Notes: generated by a model from the letters alone, not told the origin. Numbered from the whole stretch's first letter, positions 11,073 through 21,832 are shown. The stretch is 63,980 bases of DNA, filler included, from Vannella sp. (GCA_023345925.1; 5 parts of 5 records of this genome joined end to end with filler, not necessarily neighbours in it); one strand, 5' to 3'. A program made the numbers and translations.

Positions 11073-13112
11073 ATGCTCCCCGCTGGCGGAAGACAGCGGT
11101 CCAACTCCCTCCTTTCTGGGCGCCTTCGCTCTCACTCTCTGGTCTTGTGTGTACCGCCTGTTGTAGAGGATGAGAAGATGGTATTGGGACAGCACATCGT
11201 TGGACATGAGGCTCGGTGGGGGAAGCCGTTGGACTTTGGGAAACTGGTGAGGTCGAGGTTGGCGGGGCGGTTCAACAGTCGTTTGCTCCAGATGCACTTC
11301 TCTGCGCTGGTTGAAACCCACGGACTGTATTATCAGCTCTCTGTTGCATCTCAAGAGGGTGTCTTTGTCACTCCTAGTGCTTTGGTGGGCCTTATCCTCC
11401 CACTTTTGACGAACTTTGATGAAGGAGATCGCCAAACCCTGCAACTGCTCCTCATTCGCCACTCATTCCTCAACAAGACGAAGCGCACGATTAAACTCTT
11501 AACTACCTTCAGTATACCGAAGCCTGTAGGCTCCTCTAAAGTGCTCAGGCGCAAGATTATCCTCTTCAGTAGTAAGCCTCCAAGTGAGCTCGCTGAGATG
11601 CTTTGCTGGATCACAGAGAGCCTTCTCAAGTCAATATGTTCTCACGAGTTCTACAAGTGCCATTGGATGAAGGATCAGAAGGCTCTGCTGGCCCCAAACA
11701 TCTCCCGCGCTATCTCCTTCTTTAATTTCCTCTGCTGGCGCGCTGCCTCAGAGATCGTGATGGGGCGTACCGTGGAGGAGAGATCATATCGAATCGACTA
11801 CTTGATAGAGGCAGCCCTGCACGCGCGCCAATGTGGCAACTTTGAGGTTGTGAGTGCTCTCATTGCCGCCTTAAATAGCTGTCCAGTGGCTCCTTCGCGG
11901 CTGAAACAGACTTGGCAGTGTGTCACCAAGAAAGGGTTATCTTGCTTTGAGCAATTGGAGTCCCTGGTCGCTCCTGTGGCCAACTATGCTGAATATCGAA
12001 GTCTTGCTGAATTACGAACCCAACTCCGAGAACCAGTCATCCCAATACTATCGGTTATCTTACGCGATGTTGTAAGTGCAGAGATCAACGTATGCTCGAA
12101 TGAATCTGAATCCGATCCAAACGATCAAGAACAAGAAATCCTTCTTGGACGGATCATCTGGCCCGTTCTCTCTCTCCAACAGAACATGACCTCTGTACTT
12201 TATACGAAGAAACAGTACGAGCGGCATGGACCTTCTCTGAAGAAGCTTTTGGAGTACTCCCCAGGAAGTGAGGACCTCCTGATGGAACTCTCATATCGCC
12301 GGGAACCTCCAAAGAACCGGCACCTTCTTGACCAACACGATACTAGTCCTACTTCAAGTGATGCTGAAGACCCAACGCTCATTTCCAACTCGTCGTCAGC
12401 TCCAGATCTCATTTCACTCCGCAAACTGACCCGAAATTCATCCGCTAGAATCCAGCACAGAGCGGAACAGGAACTCAGTGATAGTGATACTGAAGGGTCT
12501 GAAAGGGTTAAGCCCCTTTTCAGGGACCAAGTACAACACTTTCGCTCTGCCTTAGAGAAGGACCCGGCCATGTGGGACCAAGACGAAGTCCGGGTGGTAC
12601 TGGAATCATGGGGCCTCCCCGCAGGATTATCGATAGATTTAGCTACGAACACTATTGTGGATGGTAAAAGTCTTCTTCGGTTCGTACCAACGGAGGCAAC
12701 GATCCCCCAATTACAATATCGAGTTCTGATGGATTGTCGCATTGAGGAACTCCTCCGCGACCGAGTCCCTCAAAGAGAGAGCTCATGTGACGATACATTC
12801 GCTCCCAGGAGATCTCCGGTAGTTCCAAGGTCTCATTCTCGCAGGAACCAATCAGACCCAGTGCGAGATAACATAAGCAAATGGAACCGGCAGCGCGTTC
12901 TTCAATGGGCAGAGGCTCACTTTGAAGAGTTACTTCCAATCTTTGCAGATAGCTGTGCAGACGGCAAGAAACTCCTTGCTCTGACAGACTCTGACCTCTT
13001 GCAAATGGGTATTGACTCTCCCATCACCCGAAAGAGTGTTTTGAAAGAGATTCGCCGAGCTGCGACCTCGCATATCCGTCGGAGAGAGTCCAAACTGACT
13101 CACAGCCACTAA
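11073..13112 (+). CDS. RasGEF (CDC25 domain) with C-terminal SAM domain(s), intronless
   Basis: ELAEML, APNISRAISFFN, GNFEVVSALIAALN, RLKQTW, NYAEYR, PVIPILSVILRD; SAM motif KWNRQRVLQW...DGKKLLALTDSDLLQMGI. Confidence 0.88.
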   Translation: MLPAGGRQRSNSLLSGRLRSHSLVLCVPPVVEDEKMVLGQHIVGHEARWGKPLDFGKLVRSRLAGRFNSRLLQMHFSALVETHGLYYQLSVASQEGVFVTPSALVGLILPLLTNFDEGDRQTLQLLLIRHSFLNKTKRTIKLLTTFSIPKPVGSSKVLRRKIILFSSKPPSELAEMLCWITESLLKSICSHEFYKCHWMKDQKALLAPNISRAISFFNFLCWRAASEIVMGRTVEERSYRIDYLIEAALHARQCGNFEVVSALIAALNSCPVAPSRLKQTWQCVTKKGLSCFEQLESLVAPVANYAEYRSLAELRTQLREPVIPILSVILRDVVSAEINVCSNESESDPNDQEQEILLGRIIWPVLSLQQNMTSVLYTKKQYERHGPSLKKLLEYSPGSEDLLMELSYRREPPKNRHLLDQHDTSPTSSDAEDPTLISNSSSAPDLISLRKLTRNSSARIQHRAEQELSDSDTEGSERVKPLFRDQVQHFRSALEKDPAMWDQDEVRVVLESWGLPAGLSIDLATNTIVDGKSLLRFVPTEATIPQLQYRVLMDCRIEELLRDRVPQRESSCDDTFAPRRSPVVPRSHSRRNQSDPVRDNISKWNRQRVLQWAEAHFEELLPIFADSCADGKKLLALTDSDLLQMGIDSPITRKSVLKEIRRAATSHIRRRESKLTHSH

Positions 13113-13189
13113 ATGTGAATGAGTAACCCAATACTGTTGCCTTTTAGGGCCGGAGGAGTCCAATGAGGGACATTCTTTCTTGTGACTTG

Positions 13190-13543
13190 ATGAGCAGCAA
13201 GACTTCCTCTCAGAGGATCTGGGGAGATGAGACCCCAGATGAAGAGAAGGCTCAGAAGCTGTTGGAAGAGTTCAAAGCCAACTTACCAGACTGCGTTGGG
13301 GCGGTAGAAGCCTCCTTAAGGTGCTCAAAAGAGCATCACGGGTGCCCGTCGGACCCCTGTCAGGCGATCAACGATCAGCTTCACTTTTGCATGATCTTCG
13401 ACTACTGCCCAAAGGAAGCCACTCGCTTTGCGGAGTGTACAAGATCGCAGGGCAAGTCAGTCCATCTCCAGACCTTCCCTCGCGCCTGTCACCCTCAATT
13501 CAAAGCCCTCGACCGCTGTATGATATCCCACCAGACTCCATAA
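13190..13543 (+). CDS. Four-CX9C mitochondrial intermembrane-space protein (CHCHD5/Mix14-like)
   Basis: Four exact CX9C motifs: CVGAVEASLRC, CQAINDQLHFC, CPKEATRFAEC, CHPQFKALDRC. Confidence 0.75.
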   Translation: MSSKTSSQRIWGDETPDEEKAQKLLEEFKANLPDCVGAVEASLRCSKEHHGCPSDPCQAINDQLHFCMIFDYCPKEATRFAECTRSQGKSVHLQTFPRACHPQFKALDRCMISHQTP

Positions 13544-13697
13544 CCAATGCCACTCTCTAAACACTAACTGACCTTGCATTTCCCCTCATTTCCTCTCATT
13601 TCCTCTCCAGCTCAAGCTGAGAACGAGCCTCCGCACTCTTGTTGGCTCATCTAGTTCCTCTGCTGGGTATCTTCTTCAACGTAGATCAGTATTTAGT

Positions 13698-14529
13698 ATG
13701 TCGGGAAGCCCAAGTGAGAACCTAAGGGAAGTCCTCGAGAAGATCTCTGAGGCAGCCATCGATCGCCCTATTCAGGTGAGCATATTCAGCGTGACTCATG
13801 GCTCCTTTGACCATTCATAGCCCAGGCTTGTGGCTGTGAGTAAGATGAAGCCTGCAGAGATGATTAAGGAGTGCTACGATGTCGGCCAACGACATTTCGG
13901 TGAGAACTACGTTGCTCAACTCCTAGAGAAAGCTCCCATGGTAACTAGACACTATACACGTCTCTCTACATGGTCTAAGATCCCCTACAGCTTCCTGACG
14001 ACATCCGGTGGCACTTTATCGGGTCGATCCAATCAAACAAGGCAAAACAGATCGCCAGTGTACCCAACCTCTACATGGTAGAGACTGTAGACCGAGAAAA
14101 GATCGCTGACGCGCTCCAAAAAGGACTGGAGGACCATGTGCGAGAAGATCCCCTCAAGATCCTCGTCCAAGTGAACCCAGCGGAAGAGGACACCAAGTCA
14201 GGCATCACAGACAACGAATCTCTCATCAAACTGGTCCAACACATCCGAGACAAATGTCCCAAGCTCCAGTTCCAAGGGTTGATGGTGATCGGGAGACCTG
14301 GGAAGCTGGAAGACCTGGATCAACTCGTAGCGTACAAGAGCCTTCTTATCAAGGAGTTCCCTGATCTGGAACAACTCAGCCCCTTTGAACTTTCCATGGG
14401 AATGAGTGATGACTACAAGGAAGCGGTAAGGAAGCTTCTTGATACCATGGGAATGCTTCTCACTCCCTCTAGATTGCTCGAGGAAGCACCAACGTGCGCG
14501 TTGGAAGCACTATCTTTGGTGCTCGTTAA
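13698..14529 (+). CDS. PLPBP: PLP homeostasis protein (YggS/PROSC), 3 introns
   Basis: [63 protein letters not shown]. Confidence 0.95.
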
Positions 14530-14591
14530 GGTAGAACGAGAATAACACCTGTATGACTCAATTCTGCCTCATTTCTCACTTGCCTCTTCAC

Positions 14592-15241
14592 ATGGACACG
14601 GACTCTGCTCTCGCACTGCGTTCTCTTCGACCTGATCCAGTGGAGACTGATTATCGTTCTGCTGCAGACATTGCAAAAGCCTCCTTCTTGAGTGTGGCGG
14701 GCTTAGGGGATGAGGAAGTCAAGTCCACTTATGCAATGAACACGTTCTTTCCGTTCTCAAGGAAGCAGCTCCCTCCGCAAGTAGCCGAACTGAGACTGAA
14801 GTACCAAACCGTTACAGGAGCGATAGAATGTGACTCATTAGAGTGCGCTCGTCTCATCGTTCGGCACCGCCCCGAACTTGGAAAGCCAGCGGTTCTGAAC
14901 ATGGCCAATGAATACTCGTGTGGAGGCGGTTTCCACCACATGTGGGGAAGCCAGGAAGAGTGTCTCTTCCGTAGATCCACCCTCTCCTTCAGCCTTTGGC
15001 CACACCGTCGATAGGTGACACGCGCCTCCCGGAATTGGACGCCTGGCACACAAGAGGGGAGAGTTTCTATCCTCTCACAAGCTGTGGGGGCATCTACACT
15101 CCTAATGTGGCAGTTATTCGCCATGAGCACGATCTCAAGAGCATTCAACTTCCGGTGGAGGACAGAATCATGTACTCTGCCCTTTCTGTGGCAGCTCAGG
15201 ACCTCCGTTACTGGAAAGAACACAAGACGTATGACTTTGAC
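14592..15241 (+). CDS. Microbial-type poly(ADP-ribose) glycohydrolase (TIGR02452/DUF2263); apparent frameshift near 15010; 3' end truncated by gap
   Basis: PAVLNMANEYSCGGGF, GSQEECLFRRSTL, then in the -1 frame YPL...GGIYTPNVAVIR and LSVAA. Confidence 0.8.
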
Positions 15242-15341
15242 NNNNNNNNNNNNNNNNNNNNNNNNNNNNNNNNNNNNNNNNNNNNTTAATTAATTAANNN
15301 NNNNNNNNNNNNNNNNNNNNNNNNNNNNNNNNNNNNNNNNN
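15242..15341. other. Artificial contig linker (N-run, TTAATTAATTAA, N-run)
   Basis: 100 nt; stops in all six frames; same structure four times in the window. Confidence 0.98.
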
Positions 15342-15707
15342 GTTATTGCTTAGCCACACGAAGATACTGCCACCCCGGAATCCTTACGGCTTTTAAAAAC
15401 TTAGCCATAACCACCCCTGTTCTGGGCCACAAGCCCAAACCCAAAAAAGAACTATCCCACCAAGGCCTGGACAGGCCACAGAATTCTCCCTCTCGCGGTG
15501 CACAATGAACCACCAAAAAATGAAATAAATGAAATCATCCCAAAAGCTTATCCTGAAGAGATGAGAGTCCCCAGAACCACCATCGCAAAACAACACCAAG
15601 TCCAAGCCCTTCCCCTGATTCCCTGCCCGGATAAATCCGGGCACAAGGACTTCCAGAATTCCGCGGCTTGTTGTTCAAATGGGTTCATTTGCAGACAGCG
15701 CACGAGA

Positions 15708-16337
15708 ATGCTCATGGAAAGACCATTTCGTATGAAGCGGGACTTGTTTGGAGGCGCCATTTCGGGGTTCGTGCCTCGCCGCTTCGTGGATGTGAGGTAA
15801 GAGAAGCGGTTTTCTTTCCCTGAGAGCATACTGAGGAGAGGTAGTGGGATCAGGCAGGTCCCTGATCATCAGGAGGTCCTCGCGGACATCGAAACAGACC
15901 AGAGTCTGATCGTCGAGCTGTTGTCGTTGGTGGAGGACGTTCCTGATCACGAGTGCGCTCTGTTTCACTTTCAGGAGCTGGCGAGATCTAATGATGCTGA
16001 AGGCGAGTTCCAGAGGATTCATAGCGTGCGCTCGTTGGCATCCGAAGAGCTTCCGCTGATCCAAAGTCCTGGTTGCGTTCGTTCTCTCGTTTTGGGTGAG
16101 CAGATGATCTCCAAGTTCAATGAGACTTCGCGCAATACAGTTCGTATCTTTATGGCTGTTATTCGCTTGCCGGCAGTCACCACAGATATCGTTATCTCCT
16201 TCAACGCACCGACCCACATCGCATCTAGCAGTAGTAGTGCTCCCAATGTCTCTGAACTATCGCACGATGACATCTCCAAAGTGTTTGAAGACTTTTTACG
16301 TTCGTTCTGTATCCAACAGTGGTCTCTCTTCTGCTAA
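15708..16337 (+). CDS. MOG1: Ran guanine nucleotide release factor Mog1, 1 intron
   Basis: RDLFGGAI...RFVDVS/GIRQVPDHQEV, QSLIVELL, HFQELA, ISKFNE, IRLPAVTTDIVISFNAP. Confidence 0.93.
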
Positions 16338-16397
16338 TGTAGAAGTGACTTGAGTTTATTCTGATTCCATACACTCCCTGGCTTTCTCCATGGCCCT

Positions 16398-18533
16398 TCA
16401 CTCCTTTTTGAATACTTTGGCGCCCTGCTTTCCATTCTGCGGTGCATTCTCACTTGCTGCCCGGCGTTTCATGAAAGGATTGAACGGGCTGTTGAATTGG
16501 CTTCGTCCGCGTTGATTGGGCTTGCCGGAAGACAGACACAAGATAGAGTCCGGTGCTACGACAAAGGACTGCTTCTTCGGCGTCGGGGGAGGGCGGAACG
16601 CGAATTTCTGGCGAAAGTCTGGTGTCGGGGCCATGAAGACCAGCGCCGGGTAAAGCCGGTTGGACTTGATAACTTCCCCGCGTGCATGCGGTGCAAGAGA
16701 CAGGATGTACTCTTGCAGAAGGCTGCTAATGCCGCCCAGGATTTGAGTGAAATCCCGTCTCCAACTGGCACCATCAAGAGAGGCTAGGTGCTCTTGGTTC
16801 ATGTGCATGAATGGGGCAAATGCGGGTGGGATAAAGTTCTTGCACTGGTCATAGGGAGAGACTGTCAGGAGAAACTCAACTGGGGCGAGTGTGAGACTGT
16901 CAGTGCGAGACACTTCGATGGGTTGTCCCAATCTTTCATCTTCTATTAGCTCCTGGATATGCGGAGCTGAGGAATAGGGGTAATGGAATTTGTAATCAAG
17001 GCAGCGGCCTGTAAAGTACTCCATCACCCAAGCTAACCCACTTAAGTACAGCTTTCGTTGCTCCACTTTCTCCTCGGGAGTCTCTGCAGGGTATTTGTAG
17101 TACTCCTCCTCTTGGTAGTAACCTCTGAACTGGTCACGAATGCCGCTCATCTTACAGTGATGGTCAGAGAGCTCTTTGACCTGGTCCATGTTGCTTTCCT
17201 GATACATAATCTTCAATTTGGTCATTGAAGTGCCAGTTGCTGCCTCTTGTGCAGACTCCAGAGTCTTACCAATCCCGTATCCTAACAACTTACCATCACA
17301 ATACATTCCTATCTGTACAGTATCGGACAAAAAGCACTCCATCGGCCGGAATTCGAACTTCTTTTCCGGCAAAGCAGCCAAAATGTGCTCTACTACATTC
17401 TCAGCCGTTCGGTGCTTGTCAAACAGTTTGCTATCGCTCTCTCGAGAGTGTGAAGTGATCTTGAAGAGCAGCTTCAGCTGCTCAGCATCGATACAAGGAA
17501 GAGTATAATCCTCCAAAGTTTCAGCTAAAGGCTGCTGCCAGAGGGGTTTGGAGCCAAACTTGGAGCGTCTGAGGATTGCATAAGATGTCCACACCTTCAT
17601 AAAGTCAAACGGACGCAGCCGCGGCAAGTAATCGTTACCATTCAACAAGGAAATCAAGAGAAAGTCATCAATAACACTCTGCTGCTCTTCCTCCGAACGG
17701 TTACAAGTACTACTCCCGTATACATCTTCAATGAGACACTTGCGGAGCTCTGAGATGCTGACAAGGTTGTGAGTCAAGTCATTCTCGTTCTTCAGAATGT
17801 CAATTTCGAAGAGATGGGAGTGCCTAAGGGCAAAGAGGATCAGGTCAGAGTCGTTTCCTACAACCAAGCAACGCTGTTTCACTTGGGTGAGTGACTCCTC
17901 GCGTCCATCGTTCATAAGAAAGGCTAACGGGTGTTTCGAAGCGCTGCCGACTGGTTCTTTGACGCGGTAGCGGTGGAGAGCTTGTTTAGATGCAAGGGTT
18001 CGCATGTGCTCAAAGATCTTCAGCTCTCCTTCACCACAATCATCCGCCCCGCTGACGTACACTCTCAGTTGCGGGCTGGCACGAGAAGTGACGACGCGAC
18101 GAGAGGCGTAGAAGTGCAGGTAGTCGTTCAATCGCCCCATGAAGGAAGTACCAGGTGTAAACTGAAGAGTGTCAATGGCCTGGGAGAAGCGGCTGCTGTC
18201 TACTTGATCAGAGCTCTTTGCGCGATCCATTCGACGCGCTCTTTGCGTTAGGATCTTCGCAAGAGGTCCAGGACCATCCACACCCAGAAAGATAGTCTGA
18301 GTAGGCTTCGCAAACGAACAAACAAGGTCCAAGTACGCGTAAAGACGCTGAAACATGACAGGTTCCTCCGAAGTGTTCGAGATAGATCCGTACAGAAGGT
18401 TGTTCAGGTCAAAGTACACGTGATCATGACCCGCACCCGATGTAGTACGTAAGAACTGCTTCAAATCACCCATTGGCTGCACACATTGAGGGAAACGGGT
18501 CGAGATCAGCTTGTAGAAGCGCGGGATCCCCAT
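16398..18533 (-). CDS. Divergent XRN-family 5'-3' exoribonuclease with a dsRBD-like insertion, intronless
   Basis: MGIPRFY, HVYFDLNNLLY, GVDGPGPLAK..TQRARR, TPGTSFM, GEGELKI, GNDSDL, DDFLL...GNDYLP, YLSGLAWVMEYF...YPYSSAP. Confidence 0.92.
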   Translation of the reverse strand: MGIPRFYKLISTRFPQCVQPMGDLKQFLRTTSGAGHDHVYFDLNNLLYGSISNTSEEPVMFQRLYAYLDLVCSFAKPTQTIFLGVDGPGPLAKILTQRARRMDRAKSSDQVDSSRFSQAIDTLQFTPGTSFMGRLNDYLHFYASRRVVTSRASPQLRVYVSGADDCGEGELKIFEHMRTLASKQALHRYRVKEPVGSASKHPLAFLMNDGREESLTQVKQRCLVVGNDSDLILFALRHSHLFEIDILKNENDLTHNLVSISELRKCLIEDVYGSSTCNRSEEEQQSVIDDFLLISLLNGNDYLPRLRPFDFMKVWTSYAILRRSKFGSKPLWQQPLAETLEDYTLPCIDAEQLKLLFKITSHSRESDSKLFDKHRTAENVVEHILAALPEKKFEFRPMECFLSDTVQIGMYCDGKLLGYGIGKTLESAQEAATGTSMTKLKIMYQESNMDQVKELSDHHCKMSGIRDQFRGYYQEEEYYKYPAETPEEKVEQRKLYLSGLAWVMEYFTGRCLDYKFHYPYSSAPHIQELIEDERLGQPIEVSRTDSLTLAPVEFLLTVSPYDQCKNFIPPAFAPFMHMNQEHLASLDGASWRRDFTQILGGISSLLQEYILSLAPHARGEVIKSNRLYPALVFMAPTPDFRQKFAFRPPPTPKKQSFVVAPDSILCLSSGKPNQRGRSQFNSPFNPFMKRRAASENAPQNGKQGAKVFKKE

Positions 18534-18625
18534 CCCGCCCTCTTCTAATGACTCTGGTGGGCCCTTTGGACGTGAGTTAATGGTTATTAGGGCAATGTTA
18601 ACGTCTGGGTGGTGGCCATTGCTTC

Positions 18626-19989
18626 ATGGACGGGTCTGGGAGAGGTGGGCGGAGCCGCCGTGGTCGACAGGTGGGGCTAGAAGGGAGGTAGGGATGTGGG
18701 TACTGATGATTTGGGTGATAAGGCACCAAAGGCATCTTCGAATGGGCCAGTACGTGGCAAGGGAGCCTTGGGAAGGAATCAAACAGGTCCCAATGACCTC
18801 TCTCACCCTCAAAGTCGTGCAGGGGACGTTCTGCGAGTTCCTTCGATTGAAAAGACGGCTTCGTACGTAGGAACATGGCTTGTGGCTTGTTCCAGAGACC
18901 CTAACTCGGTGCCAGACCCCCTCCGCAAACCAACGGCTTTGTTTCAACGCGAGCAGCCTCCATCCTTGCCAGCTCCTTCTCTCATATCACCGGAGAAGGT
19001 GCAGAGAAGCTCCTCTCTGACAACACTGAGTTCCTGGTCGTTGGAGTGCTCGGAACGCAAGGATCTGGAAAGTCAAGTCTTCTAAACAGCCTATTCTGGC
19101 TCTCCTCTAAGGACTCAGAGGAGCCTGTCTTCCCCGTTCAGGACTCAGGACATTGGAAGAACGCTTCCCACTGCACCACAGGCATCCATTTGGCAGTATC
19201 CCCAGACCGAGTTATATTCTTGGACACTCAACCCGTGTTTAGTCCATCCGTGCTGGTCCAAAAGGTCTCACGTGAGGGTTCCAGAGGTTCTGCAATCACT
19301 ATGGACCATGAGCAGTCCCGAGAAGACTTAGAGTTGGCGCTATTCCTCTTCAGCGTGTGCCACATTGTGATTGTGGTCGAGTCTGAGATGAACCAGTTGA
19401 GCCTTCGGCGGTTCTTACGAACCGTTGAAACGCTGAAATGGAACATCCCAGAAGTGAGTATTCCCAGCGCCAGCCCGGCCATTAATGTATCTGCCGAGAA
19501 ACACTTTTTTCCCTTTTCGAATGAATACTTGGCGGATCCTGGTAATCCTCTCCCTCTCTCATCTGCACTTCAATCCTCATCAAAAGATAGTATTTGTGTA
19601 TCAAATGGGCCAAGAGAAGGCCCGGGACTTTGATTTTAGTCCAAGTCAATTCAATTCAAGTTTGGCCAGTTGGTTTTCAGGCTCTCTGATGGAGTCAGCA
19701 GCAAGCTCGGGGGCGTATCTTATTGCGTGGAGTGATGGTTCTTCGGAGGGCCATCAGAATCAGCAATCTGCCTTGAACAGACTTCGTTCTCGAGTCCTGT
19801 CCTCTCCCAAACATCGCTTTTCAAAGCCGATTAGCGAGAGAGAGTGGTAAGCATATGCTTTAAAGGACACTGCGACGAACTTATCCATCGAATAGGCTAC
19901 GAAATAGCGCTTCTTTGTTTAAACTCATCCAGCAGTCTTCTCTCCTCAAGGACTACTGCAAAGCGCTTCACCAATATGAATCTCGATGA
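18626..19989 (+). CDS. SMG9: Nonsense-mediated decay factor SMG9, 4 introns
   Basis: FLVVGVLGTQGSGKSSLLN, HCTTGI, RVIFLDTQPVFSPSVL, LFLFSVCHIVIVV, SEREW. Confidence 0.9.
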
Positions 19990-20194
19990 TGGCTAGGCTA
20001 ACGCTACACGTGACAGCCTCTAAGGCATCTTGAGCCTTCCAGCCCAGCCAAACCCATAATCTGGTATTCCAATCCCTCTTTGATTGCCTCAGAGTGATCT
20101 GGTCCAGTCCCTTTTCGTTCATAAATAGAAAGTGAAGGGAAGTAAAGATATGGGGAATTAATTGGGGGGTTTTGGGCATTTCTAATTGGACGGG

Positions 20195-21748
20195 ATGCGA
20201 AGGAGGGAAAGAAGCTCGGACTTTGACCTCCCTGAGACCTCGGAAGAGCTACGAAGAAAGAGAAGTGCTCTTCATACTTGTGAAGATGTGGATCGGTCTC
20301 CAAGCCCCCCAGCCAAGAGGCGGCGCCACAGCCGCCATGAAGAGGACTCTCGTTCCCGGCGCCGAGACGAGTACGATAGAGATGGCCGCCGCCACGGCGA
20401 CAGGTACCGCAACCATCGGAGAAGCTATAACGATGACGAAGAGAGATCTTATGGAAGGCATCGCGGCTCAGAAGGGCATCGAAGGAACCGTTCTCCTTGG
20501 GGCGAACGAGATAAGCGCCCTGGTGAGCGTAGCCCGTCGCCCACGTACAGAAGATCTCGACGGGATAGAAGTCCTGATGAGGACCAGGTCTTACGAGAGC
20601 AGAACCCTCATCTAGCGCAGAACAAAGAAAGGATTCAGAAGCTTCCTGCCGTCGACCGCCTTCTCCGGGACGATGCACCTCGCAAGAAGTACTACCAGAG
20701 GAAGGGAGAGCTTCGCACCACCAACCACTGGGGCCAACGCAAGCTCCTTCTGTCCGAAATCGAGTTTCTGACGGAGTTTGGTGACCGTTCGGAGACTGTC
20801 ATCTACGCTGGAGCAGCCCCAGGAGCCAAGAATGAGTATCTGACCAAGCTCTTTCCCAATCATCACTTCATCTTCGTGGACCCAAACCCCTGGCACGAGA
20901 AACTCATCGAAGCCGCGAAACGTTGCGACCGGATAGAGTTGGTTTCTGGCTTCTTCACGGACGACTTGGCAGTCTCTTACAAACCCAAGAAGGCTCTTTT
21001 CATCTCAGACATCCGCACAGCGGACCCAAAGATCATGGACGAAGAAAAGGTCGAAGAGACAATTGTGGATGACAATCGGATGCAAATGTCTTGGCATTTA
21101 AAGATGGAGCCTGCTGCCTCCATGTTGAAGTTCCGACTTCCATGGGGGAGTGGAACAACCAAGTATCTGAGTGGATTCACTGGGGAGGGAAAGATCTATC
21201 TGCCGGTTTGGGGTCGGCAGACTACGACAGAGACACGTCTGGTGGCTGTAGGAAATGAAACCTACAATTATGATAACACAAAGTATGAAGAGCAGTGTTT
21301 CCACTTCAATACGATCCAACGATGCAACTGGTACGAACATATTGTCGATGTGGAAGACGTTCCAGGTCTCTGCCACTGTTATGACTGCTCTAGTGAGGTT
21401 GCCATCCTCGAAGCATGGGCCAGAAAGTTTCCAGAGCTTTGGAACTCCGTCAAGGACTTCTCAGAAGATGCATTGCGGCGACAAGTGGCCAGAATGTGCC
21501 GGATACTGAGTGTGGAATGTGCTGCCTCTGGCAAGAGGGACTTGACAGTGACTGTCGGGCACGGACAAGATTGGTTCGAACCCAAGCTCTTTGACCGAGA
21601 ACGGGGTCAAGTGATTAACGGCTCTCACCTTCGAAGAGACAAAGACATTGCCATTCAAGACACCCGCAAAGCGCGCGGGTTTGAGCTGAACGAAGACCTT
21701 CTTCCTATTTCCTCTCCCGTCATAGATGCCACTCCAACCTCCCCGTAG
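20195..21748 (+). CDS. Cap-specific mRNA 2'-O-methyltransferase of the poxvirus VP39/kinetoplastid type with an N-terminal RS-rich domain, intronless
   Basis: HWGQRKLLLSEIEFL, VIYAGAAPG, FVDP, FISDIR, SMLKFRLPW, TTTETRL (K-D-K-E tetrad), CHCYDC. Confidence 0.9.
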   Translation: MRRRERSSDFDLPETSEELRRKRSALHTCEDVDRSPSPPAKRRRHSRHEEDSRSRRRDEYDRDGRRHGDRYRNHRRSYNDDEERSYGRHRGSEGHRRNRSPWGERDKRPGERSPSPTYRRSRRDRSPDEDQVLREQNPHLAQNKERIQKLPAVDRLLRDDAPRKKYYQRKGELRTTNHWGQRKLLLSEIEFLTEFGDRSETVIYAGAAPGAKNEYLTKLFPNHHFIFVDPNPWHEKLIEAAKRCDRIELVSGFFTDDLAVSYKPKKALFISDIRTADPKIMDEEKVEETIVDDNRMQMSWHLKMEPAASMLKFRLPWGSGTTKYLSGFTGEGKIYLPVWGRQTTTETRLVAVGNETYNYDNTKYEEQCFHFNTIQRCNWYEHIVDVEDVPGLCHCYDCSSEVAILEAWARKFPELWNSVKDFSEDALRRQVARMCRILSVECAASGKRDLTVTVGHGQDWFEPKLFDRERGQVINGSHLRRDKDIAIQDTRKARGFELNEDLLPISSPVIDATPTSP

Positions 21749-21832
21749 CCTGCAGACCATCAACGCTCTCATTCCTAAACCTGAGCTTAAGCAACACTTG
21801 TTTCCGTTTTAGTGGGTTCGGTCGTCACTTCT

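Noticed and set aside
15242..15341. Palindromic TTAATTAATTAA inside N-runs, four copies
   Set aside because: Artificial six-frame-stop contig linker, not a biological repeat or CRISPR
20004..20678. Long antisense and alternative-frame ORFs over the RS region
   Set aside because: Expected from low-complexity GC-rich coding sequence
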